A stretch of DNA of 64,000 bases from Massalongia carnosa. Lineage: Eukaryota. Shown here piece after piece: positions 27,172 through 38,569 of this stretch; positions within the stretch are counted from its first letter, which is position 1, and every line of letters starts with the position of its first letter. Under the pieces are notes generated by a model that saw only the letters and a list, made by a program, of their open reading frames with translations, ran no database searches and was not told the origin of the DNA. The position numbers and the translations under genes are program-made. The DNA is taken from assembly GCA_965645245.1 (NCBI GenBank), contig OZ287076.1:1550001-1614000 (forward strand), in the 5' to 3' direction.

Positions 27172-27427
27172 TGAGCAAGCTGCTGATACAATAGCGGGCT
27201 TTGTGTAGAACAATTCGGTTTCTTTGGGTAAACATGCTGCGGTCAAGCATCGGATGTGAAAGTCATCTAGCGTGGTGTGGGATTTTGTTAGGACGAAGCT
27301 CGGATTTAGTTAATTAAACCGGAGATAGCGCATAACCTCAAACAACCAAACGTGGCTCAGCCTCTCCATCTATTCCAAACCCCGTCTACTACCAAAAGAA
27401 GGAAAAAAAACCCCAAAAAAACCCACC

Positions 27428-28049
27428 ATGTCCACACCAGCACGCCCCTACCTCTCCAACGGCCAGGTCCTCCAAAGGTTCCCAAACCCCCTCCCTCCCA
27501 CTCTCAGCTCTCCACCTACCTACCTTACCATAACGTCATATTCCTATACAACAGTTAACCCCGTTCCCAGCCCGCCCCTCTCCGCTCGCGTCCGCAACCT
27601 CGTCAACGACACCTATGCCTTTCTCGGTCTTTACCTAATCACGCTCTTCTCCGTACGTTATTTCCTCCTTATAGTTCTCTCCTCCTCCCTCTTCAAACCG
27701 AGTATCGTCCTCTACTTTCACTATGCCCCTTCTGCCCATTTCTCGGCTCTATTCACCCTGCAGAAATACACACGTAGTAGCTAAGTAGCTAACATCCAAC
27801 CCTCCCATTACCGTTCCGGTTTACCAGCTAGACGCCTACGCTGCAGCCAAATCTTCCCAGTTTAATATCCGCAATCGGAAATCGGGTAGTATGAGACTTG
27901 GAGGGGGGAGCAGCGGAGGTGGAGGTGGAGGTGGAGGTGGAGGGGGAGGTGGAGGGGAAGGCAGGGGTGGAGGAGACGGGAAGGGGTGGGGAAAGAAGTT
28001 GGGGACGGTGGACGATATCAGGGTGCCGGAGTGCAATAGTTGTGGATGA
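27428..28049 (+). CDS. Selenoprotein K (SelK/SelG)-like protein, cysteine form, 117 aa; exons 27428-27477, 27571-27652, 27828-28049
   Basis: YLSNGQVL N-terminal motif, a single TM segment, a Gly-rich tail and the C-terminus LGTVDDIRVPECNSCG*. Confidence 0.8.
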
Positions 28050-28965
28050 GAGGGGCAAACGACTATTTTTGTGAGCTTTGTATAAGTTATATGTGATGAT
28101 TGTCATGATTATAGGAGAGTTGTAGAGAGAATGAAGAAAAGAATCTAGTCGACGTTCCGCAGTTTATCCATCTCTCTTTCTTCCAAGACTTGTCTAGCAA
28201 TAGCAATGACAATGACATACATACATAGCTATCTATCTATATCTACTTACTTTCATCTTCTTCGTTGTCATCTCTCCCTCCCCTCCCTCCTTTCCCTTCC
28301 CCCCCCCAAAATCTCTCCCGGCGTCATTAGCACCAAAAAAAAAGAACAAAGAAGAGTATCCTTACTTGCTCACTTGCCTGCCTGCTTGATGAGTGAGTGG
28401 AAATCCCTTGCCTATCTATCTCGCTAGCAACGAAATAGATTCAGGGGCGGGGGGGGGAGGAGACGTGGATTTAGAGAAATGGACATAGAGAGAGAAATTG
28501 GATAGTTGATTAGGTTTCTTTAAGGGATGGGATGGGATAGGATGGACAAAGAGGAGAAAGGAGAGGAGAGGAGAGGAGAGGAGAGGGGAGGGGAGGAGAG
28601 GGATTTTTGCATAGAGAGATAGGTATATATAATATGTGTATATTTGCACATATAAATTCATTCATTATACCTATGTCTATCTTAAATAAAATATATCTAC
28701 TTCGCCTCCAGTCTCGATCTTCATGTCCTTGTAGGCAGCCCTTGTACTTTGGCAACAACTGCCTAGCTCGGGGTCGTGTACGTTTTAGCCAAGGCGGCTG
28801 CCTACTATTCAACGCACCTGTAAGGTATTCTTTCTGCGACGAGAGCTGAATATAATTCTGAAACAAATGTAACGTTATTGCTGATTGAAAAAAAAATGTA
28901 GATTGAACACAGGTGATTGTTCAGCCGCATCAGCTTCCGCCATGGATAGACATTACGATCTTAGT

Positions 28966-31066
28966 CTAAACTGTCATCGTTTCTGTTCGATTCGCTTCAA
29001 CGCTTGGGTCAGAGGCTTGCGTTGTGGGCCTCCTCTCCGGTATGGAGCTCTTGATACTTTGCTCAATTACATCGGCTGGGTTAACGGTCTGTTCCAGGAT
29101 TCCCCCCGGTGCAGAAAGGCTATACATGGCATCCGGACCAGCAACGATGGATCTGTTGGAAAGCTGTCCATTCCACTCCGGACGATACCAAGGCGGCATT
29201 CTTTCGGCTGTTTTCTTATGAACCACTCTGCCTTTTCATCGATTGCCTTTCCCATTGTCATAACATGATCTTCCATAAGCTCATCATGATAATCTGAGCT
29301 GGCCCAAGATCGTACAATAGATTGCATTTGAGCTTTGGATTTGTATCTCTGAACACGACATCACAGCAGCCATATCCATCCTGGATATCCTGCGATGACA
29401 ACTGAGAAAAAGTATATTCTCTCGTCTCTTGCTTTCTTGAACTTGTCCCGGGATGGCTAGCTCCGCTAGCTTTTGCGCCCGAGGTTAGCGATGTACCAAA
29501 GAAGACATGTGAAGACAAGGAGTACAACCGTTGTGTATAAAAAGACCGAGATTGGCTTTCTGTTGGAGTTAAGCTCCTACCCTACATCAATTATGCTGAG
29601 ACTTCGTAGTTTGATCACATACATACCTGAATGTTCATGCCAAATATTGAACTCGACAGACTTAGGGGGATATATATGAAGGCAATGATAGTTACTGAAG
29701 GGTTAGCAAGGAATATTCAGCTGTTGTAGCTCAGAAAAGGGTGAGACATGTACACACTAAGCTTCACCCGTTTTGATTCGTCAATGGATATGTTCGCTTG
29801 TTCAATGGATCTCTTAGAGTTCTCTATGGACTTCTCTGCCTGCTGGATTCCCTTTCTAGACTCTTCAAGGACCATAAACTGACGAGAAGCTGCATGCTAT
29901 CTCTCATCTGGGACTCGGAGCTTTTTTATTCCTGGAGGATCAGATTTTGAGCTGACAAGGATGCTTCCCACTCTAGGTCAATCTCCATAGCTCTGATTTT
30001 ACAATCAGATCTTGCAGGGTTGGCTTGGTCGCTCGTTGTATTTTTTGCGGTGCTTAGATGAATTTCTAAAATCAACAGCGCCCGAAAGATTGCAAGGCTA
30101 CGAAATGAATTTTCAAGGGCATTGATGTGGATCCGTAGCGTCGTCATGTTCTCATAGATTTGAACGGGAATCATGCCATTTTAAAAGTCTAGAGCTGTAT
30201 CATGCAATCCACTTTTCAGAGTATTGTTCCAATAGGTGTGTCTGTACAGAAGAAAATTAGATATGTAAAGAGAGAACCAATCAAATGTGCAGAATGAGGA
30301 AGCGAAAAATACATCTCTTCAATAACGATTAAAGGATACAAACACAACATAGGGTGCTGAGAGACATTAGAGATTGTCGTCGCTGTGATATGCAAGAATA
30401 TCGAGGCATATTCCTGCACAGTATCCGCCCAGAATCCATCTTCTCTGATGTACTTCATTCTTGAGAATGAAGTACCATCCACTGTCAGTCCTGGGACGTC
30501 TCCTGAAACAAAAGCTATATTTTGATACCAGTCTGAAAGCCAAGGTGGATGGTCCTCCAACAGCGCTTCTAGCGCAACGATAACTGTATAAATAGATTGA
30601 GACTTCGACTTAGAAAAAAAAGTTCACGGCGGATTAATTCATGGGAAGCGAGGGTGTCAGCTTGCCTATTGTAATCTTCCTTCCACCCTCTGGTAATTCT
30701 TTCAGCACCTTGGCATGATGATTGCCAAATCGAAGAAACCTTGGTTTCAATGGCATTGGTGGTAGAGGATACTTGAGTTTCGATCCAGGCAGTCCTCCCA
30801 ATGAGCAAATGCTAGACCAGAAAAAGAGAGGCTCGATGCCAAAATGAAGGCCCAAGACATCAACCAATCCTGGCACATTGTATGGCTGGCTAGCACTAAG
30901 CGAGGCGACCCGAGCGATGTGGGTGGCACGGATAGTCCCTTTGGTAGGAAAAATCGAGAACGACAATCATGCGCTTTCGGCTCGATTGTCAAGAACAGAA
31001 CGTTATCACCATCTCACCCGTGCCATGCAAAACTTAGGTCGCTTTTATGATGGCGCGATCTGTTGA
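28966..31066 (-). pseudogene. CorA-like Mg2+ transporter-domain gene, disrupted
   Basis: Exon ~29627-29695 reads TIIAFIYIPLSLSSSIFGMNIQ (GMN signature), followed by a second TM; N-terminal VDVLGLHFGIEPLFFWS. Several in-frame stops; ends approximate. Confidence 0.75.
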
Positions 31067-31716
31067 ATTGCACTGCCGTCGTTCTGGAAGTTTCTATGCT
31101 TAGTCAGCTGAATGTGTATTAGCCGCTCTTCTCCCTCTATAGAATAATCAACCGTCTCAAGTTTCAACACGATCACCACGAGGAAGTGGCAAAACATTGC
31201 TGGACAGATCATCACGAACGAAATGTACTCTGTACGTGTTGTGGCACAGCCTTCGCCTGCACTAACCTCTTTCGGTTAGCTCGGAGCTAACTTATTTAGC
31301 CTATATGCCTAACCCTTTAAAATTAGACTTTGCTTACTAAGTTCGCTGTGCTTACACGTCTGAGGACAAAACTCAATAATACGGGCAGGTTTGCTTAATA
31401 ATGAAATAATACTTAATTATCGAGCGGCCTTCCCCGATTGAGCGTAAAATATCAACTCAATCATGTTATACCATACCGCCGTTTTTTATATGTGTTATTT
31501 TTATGTTTTGGAACCGCGCGGCCGAATATGTGCACTAAAGAACGACATCAAGGGATGGCGAGCATGCTTTTTAAACTCGATGCAAGCTGGACAAAAAGCT
31601 CGGGTTTCAGTCTACAATGGACATCAATTTGGGTCACGAAAATAGTAAGAGAAAGTCGGTTGCAGCCGGTCATTGATTCATAATTAGCAGTGCATCTCTA
31701 TAGCTAGACTATCCAC

Positions 31717-31743
31717 GGCAAAGCCGCGCTGCGCGGATTTGCC
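31717..31743. repeat. Imperfect palindrome, copy 1 (GGCAAAGCCGCGC-T-GCGCGGATTTGCC)
   Basis: Read directly; 14 nt beyond the stop at 31758. Confidence 0.9.
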
Positions 31744-31757
31744 ACATGACATTTGGT

Positions 31758-32936
31758 CTACCTCTTTCTTCCCTTGGCTGCCTTTTTCGCTGATTTATTG
31801 GCCGCCTCTACCAGTCCAAGGTTGGATTTGGCGCTTTTGATTTTGGCGGCCTTCGGGGTCTTGATGTCCTTGGAGGTTTTTGCAGCTTTGCCGCGTTTGC
31901 TAGAACCTGAAAAATCTGTCGGGTCTTCTGGATCGCCAGCCGGGAGCTGGACCTCGGCTTTGTAGTCTATCTTGAAGCTAAATCCTTCACACTTAAATTC
32001 TTCAAAGGAAGGCCGGATTGTAAAGAGCCCGGCAGCCTGTCCCTCCCTGCCCATGAGGCAATGAATGCCTCTCCACCACATGTAATACCAACCAGTTTCA
32101 CCTTCCTCCACCACGTTCCCATCTACATCGCGAGTGCTAGCGACCACCCAGATTTTAGCAGCGTGGCCCAGAGGCATGCGGGTAGCGCGAGGCATGCCGG
32201 CATGGCTATGGGCCAAAATTTACTGAGCCGCTTTTGAGACATGGATCCCAGAAGCTTGGCAACAAGAAAATCATCAACCCTGACATCTTCGCGAAGAATG
32301 TCATCAAGGTTTTCTAAGGAGGGGTTCATGACGAGAGCGAAGGTATCATAGATACTGTAAGAACCTCTATAGATGGGCGCCTCCGAACCAACGTTATCAA
32401 GGGCAGGATCGTAAACTTTGTAGCGGCTAGTGATAAATTTTTTGATATGGGATCTTGGTTAACGAGCCGGTTTAATGACGCGCGTCTTCTTGATAGATGA
32501 GCTTGAGGTGTTATCATCAGGAATGGGGTCGTCAAGATCGCGCTTGGGAAGACGCTTAACCGCGGTCTTGGTAGCCTCTCCGCTTGTAGTCTTTGTTTCG
32601 CTCTTAGTTCTCTTCTTGCTCAATCTGCTGCTTGACTCTTGTTCCTTCTCCTCGGTGTCTACATCAATTATTTCTCCTGCCTTCTTGGACGCAGGAGTCT
32701 TCTTAGACGTAGGAGTCTTTTTATTCGCAGCCTGAGATGAGGGCAAAGGAACTGTCTCGGAAGGCGGAAGCGCCAAATTGGCTTCGGATGTCTTGGGGCT
32801 ATTCACCACTGAACTAAGGGCTTGTGTCATGTAAAAGTGAGCAGAATTCACCTGAGGTTTAGTAAACATCAACATGATATACCTCTTTCGCAACCAGCCC
32901 TATGCCGACAGCAATATCATCTTGCACTGATTCCAT
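31758..32936 (-). pseudogene. Unknown Lys/Ser-rich protein, one premature stop and one frameshift
   Basis: ORFs 32893-32459 and 32329-32123 share a frame across a TAA, then shift into 32216-31758, which ends in a KAAK-rich tail. Start ATG 32936 needs an unusually short 31-nt intron, so it is uncertain. Confidence 0.55.
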
Positions 32937-33423
32937 CCTGTTTACTAGGAAGGGGTTTCAAAGGTGGATGTAGGTAATATTCGACAGGTTTAGATATCAC
33001 TGCATAAAGATGAGAAAGCGAGACAAGCAATCACGAACGTAATGTTAGTTCAAGAAATGTTTTGCAGATTAGGTTTGTAAAGCTGAAACACTTTTCAGGT
33101 GGGCATTAAATAGGTGACCACGACGGTCATTCTTGGTGCGCGTAGATGAAGTTTCTGGGAGGTATCCTGAAGCGTTGATCTACTAACAAAGCTGATTAGG
33201 GCTAAGCTTGTATAATCGATGCGTGATGTTTGTTGTGTTCTTCATGAGTTGTTTTGTTGGCGTTCTTTCATCTTTATCCTTCTTCAGTTCAAAGTCTTCT
33301 CGTTTCTAATATTCTTCAAGTGTTATCTTCAAGGTCGATCCCTTCACAAAGCTCACTCTGTACTTTCTTGTCATTAATCCTTGTCAACAAGGTCGTTCTA
33401 TCTAGGTCTTCAGCTTAGATAAA

Positions 33424-35659
33424 ATGAATGAAGAACGTACGGTGGCAAAGAGATCCTTTGATGATTTGACGAAAGAGACGAACAGTTTGGCTCTAAGTGA
33501 GATCAAGAGAGTAGTCAAATATGCAACTGAAGGAAACGCCCTCAATGCCCTTGACAACCCCATTATCAAAGATATTCGAAACAGGACCACTACAGCCAGA
33601 AATCGAAAAGCAAAGTCGATCAAGGAGATAAAGGCGGTATGGGGATCCGAAACTGAAGACTGGCACTTTGAGGAGTTTGGTGAGCTCTATCTGAGCAAGG
33701 TGGCAGCGGTTGCCAAAAAGCACTCCTTTGATAAGGCTAGCAGGATGATTTTACAAGTTACCATGGATCGCTTACGAAAAGGTCAGTCTAGTCGTGGCTC
33801 GACTAGAGACATTATAACCAGAGATTGGGGCAATCTAAACGCGATGAACGAAGAAGACGCCAACTCGTTACTGTTGCGGCCCTCTCTTGATGCTGAGGAG
33901 CTAGCTCAATTTGAGATGAATCTGATAAAGCTAAATGTGTCTGGTGAGCGCGGCCGTTCAGAGAAACGACTCACCACCGTCAAAACGACGAAGATTTAAG
34001 TCCAGGGCAGTCCGCCTTCGAGCGCTCACCTCTCTCACTCAAAAGAACATTGAGTCATCACAGGATGATGAAGAGACCGAAGAGAGAGACGAAGAAAGTA
34101 GTGATGAGAGTGAGGTGGAAGAGAAGAAATCAATGATGAAAATTTTCAAGCAAAAGTGTTCATGTGAAAACATTCATCGGGCGATTCTGGAGAGACTAGA
34201 GAGAAAGACTGCCTCAGCGGCAGGAATGAAAGGTGACGCAGAGTGTCTAGGCACTCTTAGAAAAATAATGTCTGCAGTTATCCACGGAGAGGAGTTAACT
34301 CACGTCTGCTATCGTCATCTTCTAGCTATAGGCGGTCATTTCGGTCTTCAAGTCAATAATTTAAATGCAGAAGAGTTAAGGCAGAGGCTCAAGTCTTGTC
34401 ATCATCATCGTTCCAACCTCGATGATCTGAAAACAGGACGGGAGACAAGCTTCTGCTTTTGTTTATGTGCTAGACCGAGGGTTGATGATGATGCTCTTGG
34501 CGTCTATTACAAACGAGCAACGAGATCATCTCTGATAAGAGGGCTCAATGAGGAGCAAGCCAAAATCATAGTCGACGAGATTGGAGGAGAGTTTGCTTGG
34601 GATCTCTGGATGAAAGATGGAAATCGTATGTTTGATTGGTTGTGGAAAGGGATAAAATCCAAAGACGAAGTAGAGACCGGAATCGGAGATCTAATACTCG
34701 AAGAGTTCGACATCTATCAGTGGCATCAGCGGGAGAGGAATGGTCAGTCGAATCGTGGATGGTTACGAACTATGTAATACTCTTTAACCCAACAGTTGAT
34801 CCGTCAAGACATCGAATACTGGGCACTGTACGCGTGCCTCCGTCCCGATCGCAATATTCGATTGGTATCATATCCGTATTACGCGACGTATACACGGGAG
34901 GGAGATCCAACTTTTTTTCGCCATATTGATATGAAGGTACCAAAATATCTGGATAATGGTCATGGGGGCAACATCATTCAAGGTTCGGTGTCGCTTAATG
35001 ATGAGACCGCCGAGGGGTGTACTAAAATAGTCCCTGGTTTTCATCTACACATTGCCCAGTGGTGGAATAACGTGTGCGCTCGTGGAGAGGTCCCGGATGG
35101 ACACGTACATGGCCTTGAAAAAATATGGATCAAAGAAGATGCCGCTCAGTTTGGAGACTTTATTCCTGTTCCCTGCAAAAGAGGAGACGTGAGAGTCACG
35201 AAGCCAGAAATCCTTTATGGTTCGACTCCAAAAAAAGGAAACGGCCCGCGTCGGACGGTTCTGCCTTGGTACGTCGGCGTGCAAGAAGACGGCGAGACGC
35301 AGGACATTGTCGAGTCCGATAAATAGAGTGACCTCGCAAGGGCGCATGCTAGTCAAACAGCACCCAGAGTCACTCCTTCAGGACTCGCGAATCGATTTGG
35401 GCCTATCCATAAGTTTCCACCATTCACTCAGCTCTGGCTTGATTCTCCTATCAGTCACGCGCTCGTCTGTCGGACAAGCTGGGAGGACCCTGTCGTTCAA
35501 GCGCAGGCAAACGTAATACTGGGAGAAGATCGCAAGTTAGCAGGAGGCGATTCAGAACCATAGGTTGAACGCTTGCGCAGTTTCAAGGCCGCGTATGGAA
35601 GAGTGAAAATGGTGGAGAGATTGATGTTTGGAGAGGATAGTTTTTTCGTAAATAATTAA
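33424..35659 (+). pseudogene. PhyH-like 2OG-Fe(II) oxygenase-domain protein with long N-terminal extension, disrupted
   Basis: FFRHIDM (HxD), IIQGSVSL, GCTKIVPGFH, VPCKRGDVRV...ILYGS and RRTVLPWY follow the PhyH pattern. Frameshift near 33940, TAA 34775-34777, TAG 35324-35326. Confidence 0.7.
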
Positions 35660-35736
35660 GCAGTCGATGCCTGCGTCAAGCCTGTTTAATTAGCGTGCCT
35701 GTTTTTGAGCTAGTCTCTTGTGTTAATGGTGAACTT

Positions 35737-35758
35737 AAAGCCGCGCCGCGCGGATTCG
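35737..35758. repeat. Imperfect palindrome, copy 2 (AAAGCCGCGC-C-GCGCGGATTCG)
   Basis: Read directly; 77 nt beyond the stop at 35659. Confidence 0.9.
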
Positions 35759-35877
35759 ACCTAGCGCGGCATAAACTTACATGGCTATACCCTGTACATC
35801 CCGCCCGTGCCCCGCTAGCGGTGTAAACAAAGGAAAGGTCACCTGTCCACAGCGCAAAAAAAAACATTGACTTCATC

Positions 35878-36273
35878 ATGGCCTCAACCGAAGCCAACGC
35901 CTCCTCGCCCACTGACCTGTTGACAAGTCCCTGACCTCGAGAGTTTCAACCCCTTCACTGCCAGAAAGCCAAACTCCTTTAAGGCGCCCTCAATCAACCA
36001 TTGCAACTGGCCTCTAAGTCGCTCGTTGAGGTCAATGGGGATCGATTTTCGATGAATCCGACAGTTAACCTTTATATGGAAGGCCTCGCTCGCCTGGGTG
36101 AGAGCTCGATGAAGTACAATCGACATTACATAAGTGAAACGGTACCCCTTGACGATCATGAAAAGGATGTTGACCTTGGACTCGCGCCTACAAATGAAAC
36201 CAGTGAAGCACCTGAAAGCCCCACCCTTCCAACAAGTACGCTGGAACCCTCAGGCGGTATGTTTGTTGATTAA
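35878..36273 (+). pseudogene. Small unknown ORF with two in-frame stops
   Basis: ATG 35878 is in frame with ORF 36001-36273, interrupted by TGA and TAA that would revert to CGA and CAA. Confidence 0.35.
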
Positions 36274-36301
36274 ACCCGTTCTATTCATCGCTCACCGGAG
36301 G

Positions 36302-36328
36302 AGCAAATCCGCGCCGCGCGGCTTTGCT
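36302..36328. repeat. Imperfect palindrome, copy 3, inverted (AGCAAATCCGCGC-C-GCGCGGCTTTGCT)
   Basis: Read directly; lies between the convergent stops at 36273 and 36337. Confidence 0.9.
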
Positions 36329-36336
36329 GTCCGCCA

Positions 36337-38569
36337 TCACTCATCCAGGTAAGCTGGTCGCCTTCTTTTTCGCCCGGAGCGAGAATCGGGCAGCTCCCTT
36401 GAGGCGATAGACGTTAACTCCGGTGAAGGTCGACGAGGCGTTTGAAGAGGTTTGTCTCTTGAGTTGTTGATGAATGTCTGAGCTCGATGAGCTTTTGGGG
36501 TTGCGTTCAAGCTTGACGCCCTTATTTCACTAAAAGCGTGACGGATAAAAGGTTCAGTCTGATGACCTGATGAAGTAAGGCTTAACCTATTATCTCCATC
36601 TTCTTGCCCTAGATTTTCCTTATCGCTCGTCGTGTCGTTGTCACTTGTCTTTTTCAGCGTTTTCCTTTTGACGTTCATCGCATATCCTCTTTGAATCGCC
36701 CAACTGTTTCTTCGCTCATCAAATTCTGTTTTGGCAGGATTGCTTAATGGCACTAAGATTCGTTTTTTTTTTTTATCATTGTGCCGCTTCCATTCTTCGA
36801 ACATTTCCCCCTCGGCCAGATCTATCGCTTGACCCCGTTTGAGAATATCCAGAATTTCTGCGCTGTGAATTTTCATGTCACTCCAGAAACCATCGATGAA
36901 TCTCGTCATATCCGATTCATCGCTTATAAGATCCGCCCAAGTTGCTAAGGATTTCAACACGTCGTCTGGCAATATCACCGATGGGAAAAATTGTATGTGA
37001 GAATTGGGAAATAGGATTTGTGCCTTGTTTTTTCTCCATTCTTCCAATCGACGAGTGAACCATGGACGCTTGGAAGCATTCCGAGCGTTATCTGTGTTCA
37101 ATATGTCATGAGGAAGTGTCGATGTCTGCGATTCAGGGTTGCAAGTCGAGCAACATGGCAGCGGCTTCTTAACTTCGGACGACGCATATGTATCATCATC
37201 AAAAAACCCCAGCCCGGTTTCTCGAATGCATGCATCTGAAGCGACGTTGATCATTTCATGTAGTCCATGCGGCATGTCGCGCCTCCGATCCGCATCCAAT
37301 TTCTTTGTGCCCTTCTTATCAGCGCCGGAGGCGGCTTGGGTTATCGGCTGACCCAGCGAATCCTGAGTGAATAGGACCTTGCCGCTCTTCGGCCCCACAC
37401 ACCATGGCGGATGCAGAGAGATGAAATGAGCCCGACGTCCACCGCTTCGCATGGCGCGTCCCACACGCTGATAGAATTTCTGCTTTGATGAAGATAAAAG
37501 CCACTGCGCCACTCTTTCAATATCGGGATTGTCAATGCCCAACCCATATGCATCCGTTGCAATCAATATTCGAGGCCATGCACACTCTTCCGAAGATATC
37601 CTGAACTGACGCTGAACCAGCTGCTTATCAAACGAAGCCATATCACCAAAATAAGGACTTATCCAATGATAAGATTCTTTAGGATATCCTAGCTGTCTCA
37701 TCCAATTGCGCATCAACTTACATGCGGTTTTGATGGAATTTATCGTGTCCATGTAAATTATTGTCTTTGGAACATCAAAAGGAGTTTCGGCTCGAATCGG
37801 TAAAGATGTTGAAGGTCAAGCATTCCAGCTTGTGGTTTCAATAAAGAACTGACTTGAATGTAAATGTCTGGTCGATCAAGAGGCGCTTTAATAAGACGAG
37901 TTTCATCATGAAACCCACATTGACTTCTGACGCAGTTCAGGGTTTCTTCATCCAAAGTTGCAGAAACTCCCAAAAAAGGTATTCCATCTGGCAATCGGGT
38001 TCGAAGCACTCCAAGGTTGAAGTATTCCGGTCGGAAATCGCGCCATTCTGATACCAGATGCAGCTCGTCGATGGCCAATAGACAAAGATTTGAGAAATAA
38101 GACGAATGACTGAGAACCATTTCGTTAAATCGCTTCGATGTTGCTATTTCTGGACTTGTGAATACTGTAAGTGTTAGACCGCTGACTTGTACACAACAGG
38201 AATATTCGACTTACCATGAGTGTAACAACTTTGACGAATATCAGTCAAGGTAGATGGATTATTATTATCTCCGTTCAACACTATGGGTCGACAGTTTTCG
38301 ATGAAGGTAAGTTTTTCACATTGCTCCTCTTCCAGTGCAATCAAAGGCATGATTATCAACACTGACTTGCAAGGCGAAAACATCAAAGGAGCAGCTTGAA
38401 ACAGTATGCTCTTTCCGAAACCTGTTTTTGCTATCAAGATCAAATCCATTCTATCACACAACAGATGATGAAGCGCATCCACCTGCTCCCTCTTTGGACG
38501 AAATCCGACATACTGATCAACAACGCTCTCGATCTTCTCACGAGTCAACATCTGTATCGCGTCACTCAT
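36337..38569 (-). pseudogene. RecQ-like superfamily-2 helicase, intron 38165-38214, single frameshift near 37801
   Basis: Motifs AKTGFGKS, PLIALEEEQ, DELH, SAT, ATDAYGLGID and QRVGRAMR, a Zn site C...CCSTC, and an HRDC-like segment LEEWR...ILPDDVL. Restoring one T gives QHLLPIRAETPFDVPKTIIYMD. Confidence 0.88.

Noticed and set aside
28047..28049. TGA of the SelK-like gene as selenocysteine
   Set aside because: The Cys two codons earlier already occupies the Sec-equivalent position, no SECIS was recognised, and Dikarya lack Sec machinery.
31700..35765. Palindromes as Helitron 3' termini (hairpin plus CTAG)
   Set aside because: CTAG is near copies 1 and 2 but is followed by C rather than T, similarity continues past it, copy 3 lacks it, and the helicase is SF2 RecQ-like rather than Rep/PIF1. 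Disfavoured, not fully excluded.
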